Source: Candidatus Eiseniibacteriota bacterium (GTDB taxonomy: Bacteria > Eisenbacteria > RBG-16-71-46). From it: a DNA stretch of 64,000 nucleotides. The position numbers and the translations under genes were made by a program. The stretch lies in the NCBI GenBank assembly GCA_963744995.1, contig CAVUWA010000009.1, positions 1-64,000 on the forward strand. The letters run 5' to 3'. The notes under the pieces were generated by a model. The model saw only the letters and a list, made by a program, of their open reading frames with translations, searched no databases and had not been told where the DNA came from. Within the stretch, counting starts at the first letter, position 1, and each line of letters begins with the position of its first letter. Below, one piece after another: positions 38,986 through 48,304 of this stretch.

Positions 38986-39774
38986 CTGTATCCGGAACTG
39001 TTCCACTGGGGCCCGATTCACGTCCGCTCGTACGGACTCATGCTCGCGATCTCGTTCCTCGTGGGCACCTGGATCGCGCTGCGCGAGGCGCGCCGCCTGA
39101 ATCTGGACGAGGACCGTCTGGTGACCGTCATCCTCGTCGCACTGGTGGCGGGCGTCCTCGGTGCGCGGGCGATGTACGTCATCGAGCACGTCGAGCAGTT
39201 CCGCCGCGAGTGGGCGAGCGTGCTCGCGCTCTGGCAGGGCGGGCTCACCCTCTACGGCGGCGTCATCGCCGGCGCGGCCGCGGCGCTCCTGGTGGCGCGC
39301 CGCGCGCAGCTGCCGATGTGGACCGTGGCCGACGCGCTCACGCCATCCCTGGCGCTCGGGATGATGTTCGGGCGGGTCGGCTGCTTCCTGAACGGCTGCT
39401 GCTACGGCCATCCGACCTCCATGCCGTGGGGCGTGGTGTTCCCGCCCGATTCGTTCGCGGGGCTCGAGTTCGGCTCCGCGCCGGTACACCCGTCACAGCT
39501 CTACTTTTCCGCCGCCGGGCTCGTCCTGTTCGTGCTGCTGTGGGCGGTGCGCACCCGCATCCGCACGCCGGGTGTGCTGTTCTGGGCTTTCGTCGCGCTG
39601 TTCGGCCTGACCCGCATTCCGCTCGACATGACGCGTGCCTACGACGCGCAGGCTCAGGTCGCCCGCCTCGGCGGCATGACGATCACCGAGAGCCAGGTGA
39701 TGAGCTTCGCGATGGCGCTGTTCGCGGCGCTGATGATCCTGCGTTTGCGCCGGCAGGCCCGACCGGCCTCCTGA
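38986..39774 (+). CDS. lgt: Prolipoprotein diacylglyceryl transferase, apparent CTG start
   Basis: (M)YPELF..SYGLM, GAR, WQGGLTLYGG, GRVGCFLNGCCYG, HPSQLY. CTG at 38986 lies 8 nt after GGAG. Confidence 0.9.
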   Translation: MYPELFHWGPIHVRSYGLMLAISFLVGTWIALREARRLNLDEDRLVTVILVALVAGVLGARAMYVIEHVEQFRREWASVLALWQGGLTLYGGVIAGAAAALLVARRAQLPMWTVADALTPSLALGMMFGRVGCFLNGCCYGHPTSMPWGVVFPPDSFAGLEFGSAPVHPSQLYFSAAGLVLFVLLWAVRTRIRTPGVLFWAFVALFGLTRIPLDMTRAYDAQAQVARLGGMTITESQVMSFAMALFAALMILRLRRQARPAS

Positions 39775-39799
39775 CCCGCCCCCGATGGGAGACGCCCGC

Positions 39800-40603
39800 A
39801 TGGATCTTGCGGTGCTGGGCGACCCGCTCGACTACACCCTGTCTCCGGCGCTGCATGAGGCCGGGCTCGCCGCGCTCGGCATCGCCGGGGCCTCGCGGGC
39901 GATCCGCACCCGCGCCGCGGAGCTCGCCGGACGGCTGGACACGCTCGAGGCCGAGGGACTGCGCGGCGTCAACCTGACCATGCCGCTCAAGGAGGCGGTG
40001 CTGCCGCTGCTCGAGCGCGTCTCGGAGAGCGCGGCACGCGCGCGCTCGGTCAACACGGTGGTGTTCGACCCCGTGGGGCGCACCGGCGCATCGACGGACG
40101 GCCCGGGCTTTCTCGACCTGCTCGCCGTGGAGGGCCTCGATCCTCAGGCGCAGCGCGTGGTGTTCCTCGGCGCGGGCGGGGCGGCGCGAAGCGTGGCCGC
40201 GGCGCTGGCCGGCGCGGGCGCGCGCTCGGTGCGCGCGGCGACGCGCGATCCCGCGCGTCATGCCGGCACCTTCCGCGCACTCGGGCTCGATCCGCCGCTC
40301 GCGCTGGACGGGGCGGAGGTGCACGCCGCGCTCGCCGCCGCCACGCTGGTGATCCAGGCGACGCCGCTGCGCGAGCTCGAAGGGCCGCTCGATCCCGCCC
40401 TCGTCCCCGTCGAGGCCGTCGCCATCGACATGGGCTACGGGGCCGGGCCGACGCCGTGGGTGCTCGCGCTGCGCGCGCGCGGGGTACGCGCCCGGGACGG
40501 GCTCGGCATGCTCGTCCATCAGGCGCGCCGATCGCTCGCGCTCTGGACGGGCCGCGACGTGCCGCTGCCGACGCTGTGGGCCGCGGCCCACCGGGGGCGC
40601 TGA
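39800..40603 (+). CDS. aroE: Shikimate dehydrogenase
   Basis: LGDPLDYTLSPALH, GVNLTMPLK, SVNT, STDGPG, GAGGAARS, DGLGMLVHQA. Confidence 0.9.
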   Translation: MDLAVLGDPLDYTLSPALHEAGLAALGIAGASRAIRTRAAELAGRLDTLEAEGLRGVNLTMPLKEAVLPLLERVSESAARARSVNTVVFDPVGRTGASTDGPGFLDLLAVEGLDPQAQRVVFLGAGGAARSVAAALAGAGARSVRAATRDPARHAGTFRALGLDPPLALDGAEVHAALAAATLVIQATPLRELEGPLDPALVPVEAVAIDMGYGAGPTPWVLALRARGVRARDGLGMLVHQARRSLALWTGRDVPLPTLWAAAHRGR

Positions 40604-41319
40604 TGGCCGCACTCGCGCGAGGCGCACGCCACTGGCGGCGCAGGTGGGTCCCGCGCCTGCTGGACCTCGCCGCGTTCGCCTATCCGCAGCGCTGCCCGGC
40701 GTGCGGGGCCCCGGCGCGGGCGGCGACGCTGCTCTGCGAGACGTGCCTGGCGGAGCGGCCGCCGGTTCCGTTCGAGCTCTGTGCCCGCTGTCTCGTGCGC
40801 GGCCGGGAACCGGTCGGCTGCCGCGCGCATCCGGGGCGCGGCGTGCACGCGGCGTGGCTCTACGACGAGCCCGCGCGGGCGTTCGTGCACGCGCTCAAGT
40901 TCGGCGCTCGCCCGCGGCTCGCGGCCGCGGCGGCGCCGGCGCTCGCCGCGGCCCTCGCCGCGCCGCATCTGGACCTGGTCACCGCCGTGCCGCTCCATCC
41001 CGTGCGCGGGCGCCTGCGCGGGTACAATCAGGCGGCGGCGCTGGCCGATGCCGCGGCCGGCGCGCTGGGCGTGCCGTTCGCGGACGGGCTGATCGAACGG
41101 GTGCGGGTGACCGGGGCGCAGGCGCGGTTGCCGGGGGCGCGGCGCAGGGCGAATCCCGCCGGCGCGTTCCGCGCGCCGCGGCCGGCGCGCCTCGCGGGAA
41201 GGAGTGTGTTGATCGTGGACGACGTCATGACCACCGGGGCGACGATGGACGCGTGCCTGGCGGCGCTCGCCGCCGCCGGCGCGCGCGGGCGCGGCCTGGT
41301 GCTGGCGTGGGCGCAATGA
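40603..41319 (+). CDS. comF: ComF family protein (double zinc ribbon + PRTase)
   Basis: CPAC..CETC..CARC, VPLH..RGYNQA, LIVDDVMTTGAT. Confidence 0.88.
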   Translation: MAALARGARHWRRRWVPRLLDLAAFAYPQRCPACGAPARAATLLCETCLAERPPVPFELCARCLVRGREPVGCRAHPGRGVHAAWLYDEPARAFVHALKFGARPRLAAAAAPALAAALAAPHLDLVTAVPLHPVRGRLRGYNQAAALADAAAGALGVPFADGLIERVRVTGAQARLPGARRRANPAGAFRAPRPARLAGRSVLIVDDVMTTGATMDACLAALAAAGARGRGLVLAWAQ

Positions 41320-42668
41320 GCGGCGACCTGTTCGGCCATTCGCCGCCTGCGCGCGGTCGCGGCGCCCGGACTCCGGGCGGACCGCTCGCCGACCGGATGC
41401 GTCCGGCGCGCTTCGAGGAGCTGCTCGGCCAGGCGCACCTGCTGGAGCCCGGGGCGCCGCTCGCGCTCATGCGCGACGGCCGGCACCTCAGCTCGGTGAT
41501 TCTGTGGGGGCCGCCGGGGACCGGCAAGACCACGATCGCGCGGCTGCTCGCCGAGCGGGCGGCGGTGCCGTTCGTCGCCTTCAGCGCGGTCCTGTCCGGA
41601 GTCCGGGAGGTGCGTGAGGTCATGCAGCGTGCCGCGCTCGAGCGCCGGAACAGCGGCCGCCCCACGCTGCTGTTCGTGGACGAGATCCACCGCTTCAACC
41701 GTGCGCAGCAGGACGCATTCCTCTCCCACGTCGAGAACGGCGACATCGTGCTGATCGGTGCGACCACCGAGAACCCGTCGTTCGAGGTCAACGCGGCGCT
41801 GCTGTCCCGCGCGCGGGTGCTGGTGCTCAAGGAGCTCACCCCGGCGATGCTCGTCACCCTGCTCGAGCGCGCGCTCGCCGATCCCGAGCGCGGCTATGGC
41901 GGCCGCATCGAGGCGGAGCCCGCCGCGCTGGCGCTGATCGCCGAAAGTTCCGACGGCGACGCGCGCCGCGCGCTCGGGGCGTTGGAGATCGCCGCCGCCG
42001 CCGGGCGCCGGATCACGGTCGAGGAGGCACGGCGCGCGCTGCAGCGGCGGCACCTGCGTTACGACAAGTCCGGCGAGGAACACTTCAACCTGATCTCGGC
42101 GCTGCACAAGTCGCTGCGCGACTCCGATCCGCACGCCGGCCTCTACTGGCTGGCGCGCATGCTGGCCGCCGGCGAGGAGCCGCTCTATGTCGCGCGGCGG
42201 CTGGTGCGCTTCGCCTCGGAGGACGTCGGCAACGCCGATCCGCACGCGCTGCCGCTCGCGGTGGCGGCGTTTCAGGCCTATCACCAGCTCGGGTCGCCCG
42301 AGGGGGAACTCGCGATCGCGCAGTGCGCGGTCTACCTGGCCACGGCGCCCAAAAGCAACGCGGTCTATCGGGGCTTCGGCGCCGCCGCTGCCGAGGTCGA
42401 GAAGAGCGGCGCACTGCCGCCGCCGCTGGTGATCCGCAACGCGCCGACGCGGCTCATGAAGGAACTCGGCTACGGTCGGGGCTATCGCTACGCGCACGAC
42501 GACGAAGGCCGGATCTCCGATCAGGCCCACCTGCCCGACGAACTGGCCGGGCGGCGCTTCTACGAGCCGAGCGGAGAGGGCTTCGAGGCCGCGATCCGCG
42601 AGCGCATGCAGGCGTGGGAGCATCTGATCGCCGCGCGCCGCGCGGACAGGGGGTCCGAAACGCCCTGA
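41316..42668 (+). CDS. rarA: Replication-associated recombination protein A
   Basis: PLADRMRP, WGPPGTGKTT, FVDEIHRFN, GATTENPSF, ISALHKSLR, ASEDVG. Confidence 0.95.
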   Translation: MSGDLFGHSPPARGRGARTPGGPLADRMRPARFEELLGQAHLLEPGAPLALMRDGRHLSSVILWGPPGTGKTTIARLLAERAAVPFVAFSAVLSGVREVREVMQRAALERRNSGRPTLLFVDEIHRFNRAQQDAFLSHVENGDIVLIGATTENPSFEVNAALLSRARVLVLKELTPAMLVTLLERALADPERGYGGRIEAEPAALALIAESSDGDARRALGALEIAAAAGRRITVEEARRALQRRHLRYDKSGEEHFNLISALHKSLRDSDPHAGLYWLARMLAAGEEPLYVARRLVRFASEDVGNADPHALPLAVAAFQAYHQLGSPEGELAIAQCAVYLATAPKSNAVYRGFGAAAAEVEKSGALPPPLVIRNAPTRLMKELGYGRGYRYAHDDEGRISDQAHLPDELAGRRFYEPSGEGFEAAIRERMQAWEHLIAARRADRGSETP

Positions 42669-42778
42669 GCGATACGGCCGCTGCGATGCGCGCCGCGCCG
42701 CCCTGGCGAGGGGCACGTTTGACCTCCGGCGGTGCAGACGAAGGCGGCGGCGGCGCCGCCGCCGCCCGTCTGCCGGCC

Positions 42779-43429
42779 TCAGCTCGAGGTCTTCTGCGTC
42801 CCGCCGCGGAACTTGATCGAACAGCCGAGAGCCTTGGTCTCGGGACTCGGCACCGGCTCGCCGCCCAGCATCGCCTCGAGCGCATCGGCGAGGAAATGCT
42901 CCTTCACCGCATCCGGGTGGCGCGCGTTGTCGTCGATCGTGCCGTGGTAGACGAGCTGGCCATCGGCATCGAACAGGTACGCCTCCGGCGTGCGGGTCGC
43001 GCCGAACGCGCGGGCGATGTCCGAGCTCGCGTCCACCGCGTACGGGAATCCCATGCCGAGCTGCTTCGCGCGCGCCACCATGCCGTCGAAGCCGTCCTCG
43101 CCGTTCACCTCGGGGTCGTTGGCGTTGATCATGATCACGCCGACGCCCTTCTTCACGTACGCGTTGGCGAGCTCCACCATGCGTCCCTGCCAGGCCTTGA
43201 CCCACGGGCAGGAGTTGCACGTGAAGATCACCAGCGTGCCCTGCTTGCCGGCGGCAGCGGCGATGGTCGTCGTACTGCCGTCGACGGTCCGCATCTTCGT
43301 CTGCGCCATGGGCGCCTTGTCGCCGATCGAAATCCCCGCGTCGCCGGCCATGGCGGGGGCCGCGACGGCGAGCGCCGCCGCGACCATGGATGCGATCCGG
43401 ATCCTGTTCCTGTTCCTGTTCCTGTTCAT
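42779..43429 (-). CDS. Exported thioredoxin-family (AhpC/TSA-like) redoxin
   Basis: Signal peptide, FTCNSCPWV CxxC, FGATRTPEAYLFD, YHGTIDD, GCSIK. AAGGAG RBS before ATG 43429. Confidence 0.85.
   Translation of the reverse strand: MNRNRNRNRIRIASMVAAALAVAAPAMAGDAGISIGDKAPMAQTKMRTVDGSTTTIAAAAGKQGTLVIFTCNSCPWVKAWQGRMVELANAYVKKGVGVIMINANDPEVNGEDGFDGMVARAKQLGMGFPYAVDASSDIARAFGATRTPEAYLFDADGQLVYHGTIDDNARHPDAVKEHFLADALEAMLGGEPVPSPETKALGCSIKFRGGTQKTSS
43403..43426 (-). repeat. (AACAGG)4 in-frame hexanucleotide repeat encoding NRNRNRNR
   Basis: Four exact CCTGTT copies on the + strand, immediately after the start codon. Confidence 0.85.
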
Positions 43430-43464
43430 CGCTGGCTCCTTGAGTGGGATGGGATGGTCGGCAT

Positions 43465-44070
43465 TCACGGATGCGCCTCCCCGGTCGCCGCGAGCACCGC
43501 GTCGAGGTGCCGGCGCATCTGGTCGTAGGTGGCCTTGCCCTGCCAGTAGTCGCGACGCCTGCCGCCGCGGTCGTAGATGAAGGTCGCAGGCAGCGCGCCG
43601 CTCCACTCGGGATTCAGGCCGTCGATGAACGCCATGTCGCTGCCGGTCTTGATGTAGGTGCGGAACTCGACGCCGTGCGCCGCGAGGAACTCGCGCGCCG
43701 CGCCGAGCTCATCGTCGAAGTCGCCGGAAACCAGCACCAGCCGGACACCACGATCCCGGTAATCGCGGCCGAGACGCACGAGATCCGGGAACTCCTCGCG
43801 GCACGGCCCGCACCAGGTGGCCCAGACGTTGAGCACCACGGCACGGGCGTCACTCTGATCCACGATGCGGCGCAGGTCGTCGGCGGTCACGGGCACGACC
43901 TCGGGCAGGCCCGCGGTGTCCGGCGCCGCCGGGGCGGCGGACGCCTGCGCCGCTCTGGCGGCCTCGGCGCCGGCGTTCCGCGGCGTCGCGCGGCCGCAGC
44001 CGGTGAGCGCGAAGGCGAGCGCGAGCGCGAGCAGCGGAGCATGGCGGCGCGGTGCGCGGGTGGCGATCAG
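43465..44070 (-). CDS. TlpA/ResA-family disulfide reductase lipoprotein; start uncertain, possibly CTG
   Basis: Lipobox LTG|C, LNVWATWCGPCREEFP, WSGALPATFIYD. Confidence 0.82.
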   Translation of the reverse strand: MIATRAPRRHAPLLALALAFALTGCGRATPRNAGAEAARAAQASAAPAAPDTAGLPEVVPVTADDLRRIVDQSDARAVVLNVWATWCGPCREEFPDLVRLGRDYRDRGVRLVLVSGDFDDELGAAREFLAAHGVEFRTYIKTGSDMAFIDGLNPEWSGALPATFIYDRGGRRRDYWQGKATYDQMRRHLDAVLAATGEAHP

Positions 44071-44846
44071 AAGCGTCCCTTTCTCCGTTCCCGCGCCGGC
44101 ATGTTCTCGAGACACGTGGTCCACCAGCCGGTGCGGATCGTGGTGATGAATTCTTCCGGGAGCCGCTCCGCTTCCATCTCGCGGGCGAGCGCCTCGTGAT
44201 CGTAGTCGACGGCCCGGAACGAAACGTCCAGACCGTGTGGATTCAGATCGAGCCGGGCATACCAGACCCGCGGCGAGCCGTCGTTGGCCGGCCGGCCGAT
44301 GGCGCCGGCGTTGACCACGTGCCGCCCCGAAGGGAGCGCGCGGTGCCAGTGGAGGCCGGTGTGCGTGCAGACGATCACGTCCGCCGCGTGCGTCTCGCAC
44401 AGCCATTCGAGAAACGCGTCCGAGCAGGCGGAGTCCCAGAGGAACTCGTTCACGCGCCTGGGCGAGCCGTGACACAGCAACACGCGCCGGCCGCCCGCCT
44501 CCAGACGCTCCGTCTCGGGCCGCTCGCGCATCCAGCGCTTGTGGTCCGCCGAGGTGCGCGCGAGGGTGTAGTCGAACGACACCTGCGCGAAATGATTGTC
44601 GCGCGGGTCGGTGTAGCCGCACGCGCAGTCGGCGAGTTCGGCACCGATCGAGGCGTCGTAGTTGCCGCGCAGCATCGGCACGCCGGCCTCGCGCAGGCGC
44701 CCGGCAGCGCGGTCGGGGTGCGGGCCGAAGCCGCCGAGATCCCCCAGGCAGCGGATCGCGTCCGGCGCCCACGCGTGCGCATCGTCCAGCACCCTCCCGA
44801 GGGCCAGGTGGTTGCTGTAGACACCGCCGAAGACGGCCAGCTTCAT
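44067..44846 (-). CDS. Calcineurin-like metallophosphoesterase family protein with a degenerate metal site
   Basis: CLGDLGGFGP, LRGNYD, LLCHGSP, VNAGAIG. Motif I reads GGVYSN and motif V reads THTG. ATGA overlap with the radical SAM gene. Confidence 0.8.
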   Translation of the reverse strand: MKLAVFGGVYSNHLALGRVLDDAHAWAPDAIRCLGDLGGFGPHPDRAAGRLREAGVPMLRGNYDASIGAELADCACGYTDPRDNHFAQVSFDYTLARTSADHKRWMRERPETERLEAGGRRVLLCHGSPRRVNEFLWDSACSDAFLEWLCETHAADVIVCTHTGLHWHRALPSGRHVVNAGAIGRPANDGSPRVWYARLDLNPHGLDVSFRAVDYDHEALAREMEAERLPEEFITTIRTGWWTTCLENMPARERRKGRF

Positions 44847-45736
44847 CCGTTCGCGCACGTCATCCCCGTGACGTAGCAGGTGTAGCAGGCGCCGTGCGCA
44901 AGCCGGAACGGCCCGAGCGCGCCGGCCAGCGTGTCGCCCATGCGGCCCTGCGGTTCATCCACCAGCAGCGGGCAGACATAGACGCCCTTCGCGGTCACCG
45001 CGCGGCAGGAGCCGCACTGGAGTCGCGTCGGATCGAACGCCGCGGCCGGCAGATCCGCCAGCGACTCGGCCGCGCCGTAGGCGCGCGAGCGCTCCGTTTC
45101 GCGGCCGAGCCGGAACAGCGGCAGCACCTTGAGCCGCGGGCGTTCGAGCCCGGCGGCGCGCAGCATGGCGATGAAGCGCTCGCGGAAAGCGAGCGGATCG
45201 TCGTCGGTTCCCCGGGTCACGGTGACGATCGGCAGCAGGCCGGCGTCGGTCGCGCGGACGAGGCCCTCGATCGTGCGGGCGAAGCTGCCCGCGCCGCGCA
45301 AGGCGTCGTGGGTCCTCGCGTCCATCCCGTCGAGGCTCACCCGGAGCTCGAGTGCGAAGCGCGAGCGGTCCGCGAGGGCCGCGAGCGCCGCGACTCGCGC
45401 CGAAGTGAACAGCGTTCCGTTGGTGAGCACCGTGCACGGCGCGTCGGCGAGCGCATCCTCGAGGATCTCCAGCATGTCCGGATGCATGAAGGGCTCGCCG
45501 CCGGTGAAGTAGATCTCGCGGACGCCGAGCGCGAGCCCCTCGTCCACGCGCGCCCGCACCTCGGCCCGGCTCATCAGCGGGTGGTGCAGGTCGCCGGGCC
45601 CGCACGAGACGAAGCAGTGCGTGCAGGCGAGGTTGCACAGCGTCCCCGCGACCTGGATCCAGAGCGCGTCCAGGTGCGCGAGGGGCTGGAGCGGGTATGC
45701 GAGCGCAGGCGATGGCGATATGCGGGTCAGCGACAA
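44843..45736 (-). CDS. Radical SAM protein with Cys-rich C-terminal domain
   Basis: CNLACTHC, YFTGGEPF, LTNGT, RVSLDG, C-terminal CGSC..VCP..CYTCYVTGMTC. TTG 45736 follows GAGG. Confidence 0.88.
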   Translation of the reverse strand: MSLTRISPSPALAYPLQPLAHLDALWIQVAGTLCNLACTHCFVSCGPGDLHHPLMSRAEVRARVDEGLALGVREIYFTGGEPFMHPDMLEILEDALADAPCTVLTNGTLFTSARVAALAALADRSRFALELRVSLDGMDARTHDALRGAGSFARTIEGLVRATDAGLLPIVTVTRGTDDDPLAFRERFIAMLRAAGLERPRLKVLPLFRLGRETERSRAYGAAESLADLPAAAFDPTRLQCGSCRAVTAKGVYVCPLLVDEPQGRMGDTLAGALGPFRLAHGACYTCYVTGMTCANG

Positions 45737-45978
45737 GCGGTTTCCTCGGGCGGCGCGGAGGTTTCCATATGGGCCGGTGGGCCGTTCGATGCATCTCAGC
45801 GGGGGACGGTCCTGCCGCGCGCCGCGGTTTTGACGGCCCCGGCGCCCGGCACCTAATCTATCGTGTTGCGTGACAACGTCCCAGCGGCTCGGCGGCCGCG
45901 GGCGGGCCGACGTTCGAGGATACGCGGCCCGCACCGGTTCGGGACCGACATTTCGGTTTCCAGGGGAAAGCAGGGTTC

Positions 45979-47061
45979 ATGGCCACTCAGAAAGAGGTTC
46001 TCGAGGCGCTGCGCGGGGTCGAGGATCCCGATCTGCACCGCGACCTCGTCACCCTCGGGATGATCGAGGGACTCCACGTGGAGGACGGCGTGGCGACGTT
46101 CACGCTGGTGCTCACCACGGCGGCCTGCCCGCTCAAGGATCAGATCGAGGCGGACTGCCGCCGGGCGGTGCTCGCGGTGCCGGGCATCCGCGAGACGCGC
46201 ATCGAGACCACGTCCCGGGTGCGCAAGCCGCGCGCCCCCGGCGCCGACCGCAAGGCGCTGCCCGGCGTCTCGCAGGTGGTCGCGATCGGCAGCGGCAAGG
46301 GCGGCGTCGGCAAGTCGACCGTTGCGGCGAATCTGGCCGTCGCGCTCGCCGCGACCGGCGTGCGCGTCGGGCTGCTCGATGCCGACATCTATGGGCCCAA
46401 CCTGCCGCGCATGCTCGGCGAACGGCGCCAGCCCTCGCAGCGCGACAACAGGATCCTGCCGCTCGACGCCCACGGCGTGAAGTTCATGTCGATGGGCCTG
46501 CTCGTGGATGAGGGCGAGGCGGTGGTGTGGCGCGGCCCGATGCTGCATGGCGCGATGAAGAGCTTCCTGCACGACGTCGACTGGGGCGAGCTCGACTACC
46601 TGCTGGTGGACCTGCCGCCCGGCACCGGCGACGTTCAGCTCTCGCTGATCCAGCAGACCTTCGTGGCGGGCGCGGTGGTGGTGACCACGCCGTCCACGGT
46701 CGCGATCGAGGACGGCGTCAAGGCCGTCAACATGTTCGAAAAGCTTCAGGTCCCGGTGCTCGGCGTGATCGAGAACATGAGCTATTTCGTGTGTCCGGAC
46801 TGCGGCGGACGGCATGACATCTTCAACTCCGGCGAGGCCGAGTCGCGCGCACTGGCCATGGGGCTGCCGTTCCTCGGCGCGATCCCGCTGCACCCGGACG
46901 TGCGCGCGGGCGGCGACGCCGGGCGCCCCGTGGTGATCGACCGGCCGGACGGCGAGCACGCGCGCGCGTTCCGCGAGATCGCCGGACGGCTCGCGCAGCG
47001 GATCAGCATCCAGGCGATGCGCGAAGACGAGACCGTGGGCGCGACGCGCCAGGGCGGCTGA
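45979..47061 (+). CDS. mrp: Mrp/ApbC/NBP35 Fe-S cluster carrier ATPase with N-terminal DUF59-like domain
   Basis: VEDPDL..TTAACP, SGKGGVGKST, DADIYGP, WRGPM, DLPPGTGD, ENMSYFVCPDC. Putative promoter TTGACG-18-TAATCT at 45830-45859. Confidence 0.92.
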   Translation: MATQKEVLEALRGVEDPDLHRDLVTLGMIEGLHVEDGVATFTLVLTTAACPLKDQIEADCRRAVLAVPGIRETRIETTSRVRKPRAPGADRKALPGVSQVVAIGSGKGGVGKSTVAANLAVALAATGVRVGLLDADIYGPNLPRMLGERRQPSQRDNRILPLDAHGVKFMSMGLLVDEGEAVVWRGPMLHGAMKSFLHDVDWGELDYLLVDLPPGTGDVQLSLIQQTFVAGAVVVTTPSTVAIEDGVKAVNMFEKLQVPVLGVIENMSYFVCPDCGGRHDIFNSGEAESRALAMGLPFLGAIPLHPDVRAGGDAGRPVVIDRPDGEHARAFREIAGRLAQRISIQAMREDETVGATRQGG

Positions 47062-47094
47062 GGCCGCCCGCGGCCCCGCGCGACGGAGGCGCAC

Positions 47095-48252
47095 ATGCGC
47101 GACATCTACGCGGATCACGCGGCGACGACGCCGCCGGCGCCCGAGGTGACCGAGGCGATGCGGCCGTTCATGGGCGATGCGTTCGGCAACGCTTCGTCGG
47201 TCCACCGTCGGGGCGAGGCGGCGCGCGAGGCGATCGACACGGCGCGCGCCCGGGTGGCGGCCCTGCTCGGTGTGACCCCCGAAGAGATCGTGTTCACCGC
47301 TTCGGGGTCGGAATCCAACAACCTCGCGCTGTTCGGCGTGCTCGAGAGCCGCCCGCCCGGCCGCGATCGGCTGGTGACGAGCGCGATCGAGCATCCGTCG
47401 GTGCTCGAGGCCGCGCGCTGGGCCGGGGAGGCGGGCTTCCGCGTGACGACCGTGCCGGTGGGAGAGGACGGCATCGTGGATCTCGGCGCACTCGCAGCCG
47501 CGCTCGACGACGACGTCGCGCTGGTCTCGCTGATGACCGTCAACAACGAGGTCGGCACCGTGCAGCCCGTGGCGGAGGCCGCGGCGCTGGCCCACGGGTG
47601 CGGCGCGCTGTTCCACACGGACGCGGTGCAGGCGGCCGGCAAGATCCCCCTGGACCCGGGGGCGCTCGGCGCCGATCTCGCGAGCATCGCCGCCCACAAG
47701 TTCGACGGGCCGGCGGGCGCCGCGGCGCTGTTCGTGAAGCGCCGGGTGCGGCTCGTGCCACGCGTGCATGGCGGCCATCACGAGCGCGGGCGCCGCGCCG
47801 GCACCGAGAACCTGCCGGCGCTCGCCGGCATGGGCGTCGCCGCGCAGATGGCGGCGGCGGGACACCCCGAGGCGGAAGCGCTGGGCCGGCGTCTCGCCGC
47901 AGGGCTCACGCATGCGATCCGCGGGTGTCGGCTGAACGGCGATCCCGTGCGGCGCGTGGGATCGATCGTGAACCTCACCTTCGAAGGCGTGGACGGCGAA
48001 GCGCTGCTCCACGAGCTGGATCGCGAAGGGATCACCGTGTCCACGGGATCGGCGTGCAGCGCGGCGGGCGAGGGCCCCTCGCACGTGCTGCTGGCGATGG
48101 GGCGATCGGCCGAGGACGCACACGCCAGCGTGCGCTTTTCGCTCGGACGGGGGAATCGCGCGGCGGACCTCGATCGGATACTGTCTGTCGTGCCGGAAGC
48201 GGTGGGGCGCCTGCGGGCGCTCCGGCGGCCGGCGGTCGAAGAGGGCGCGTAG
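47095..48252 (+). CDS. iscS: Cysteine desulfurase (IscS/NifS type)
   Basis: [41 protein letters not shown]. Confidence 0.88.
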   Translation: MRDIYADHAATTPPAPEVTEAMRPFMGDAFGNASSVHRRGEAAREAIDTARARVAALLGVTPEEIVFTASGSESNNLALFGVLESRPPGRDRLVTSAIEHPSVLEAARWAGEAGFRVTTVPVGEDGIVDLGALAAALDDDVALVSLMTVNNEVGTVQPVAEAAALAHGCGALFHTDAVQAAGKIPLDPGALGADLASIAAHKFDGPAGAAALFVKRRVRLVPRVHGGHHERGRRAGTENLPALAGMGVAAQMAAAGHPEAEALGRRLAAGLTHAIRGCRLNGDPVRRVGSIVNLTFEGVDGEALLHELDREGITVSTGSACSAAGEGPSHVLLAMGRSAEDAHASVRFSLGRGNRAADLDRILSVVPEAVGRLRALRRPAVEEGA

Positions 48253-48304
48253 CGCGCGGCCGGCGCCCGGCACCGGGCCCGCCGCGACGTGGAAGGAGAC
48301 AGCC

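Noticed and set aside
42735..42773. GGC/GCC triplet palindrome between rarA and the redoxin gene as a mobile or REP element
   Set aside because: Single copy between convergent genes, most simply a terminator-like hairpin.
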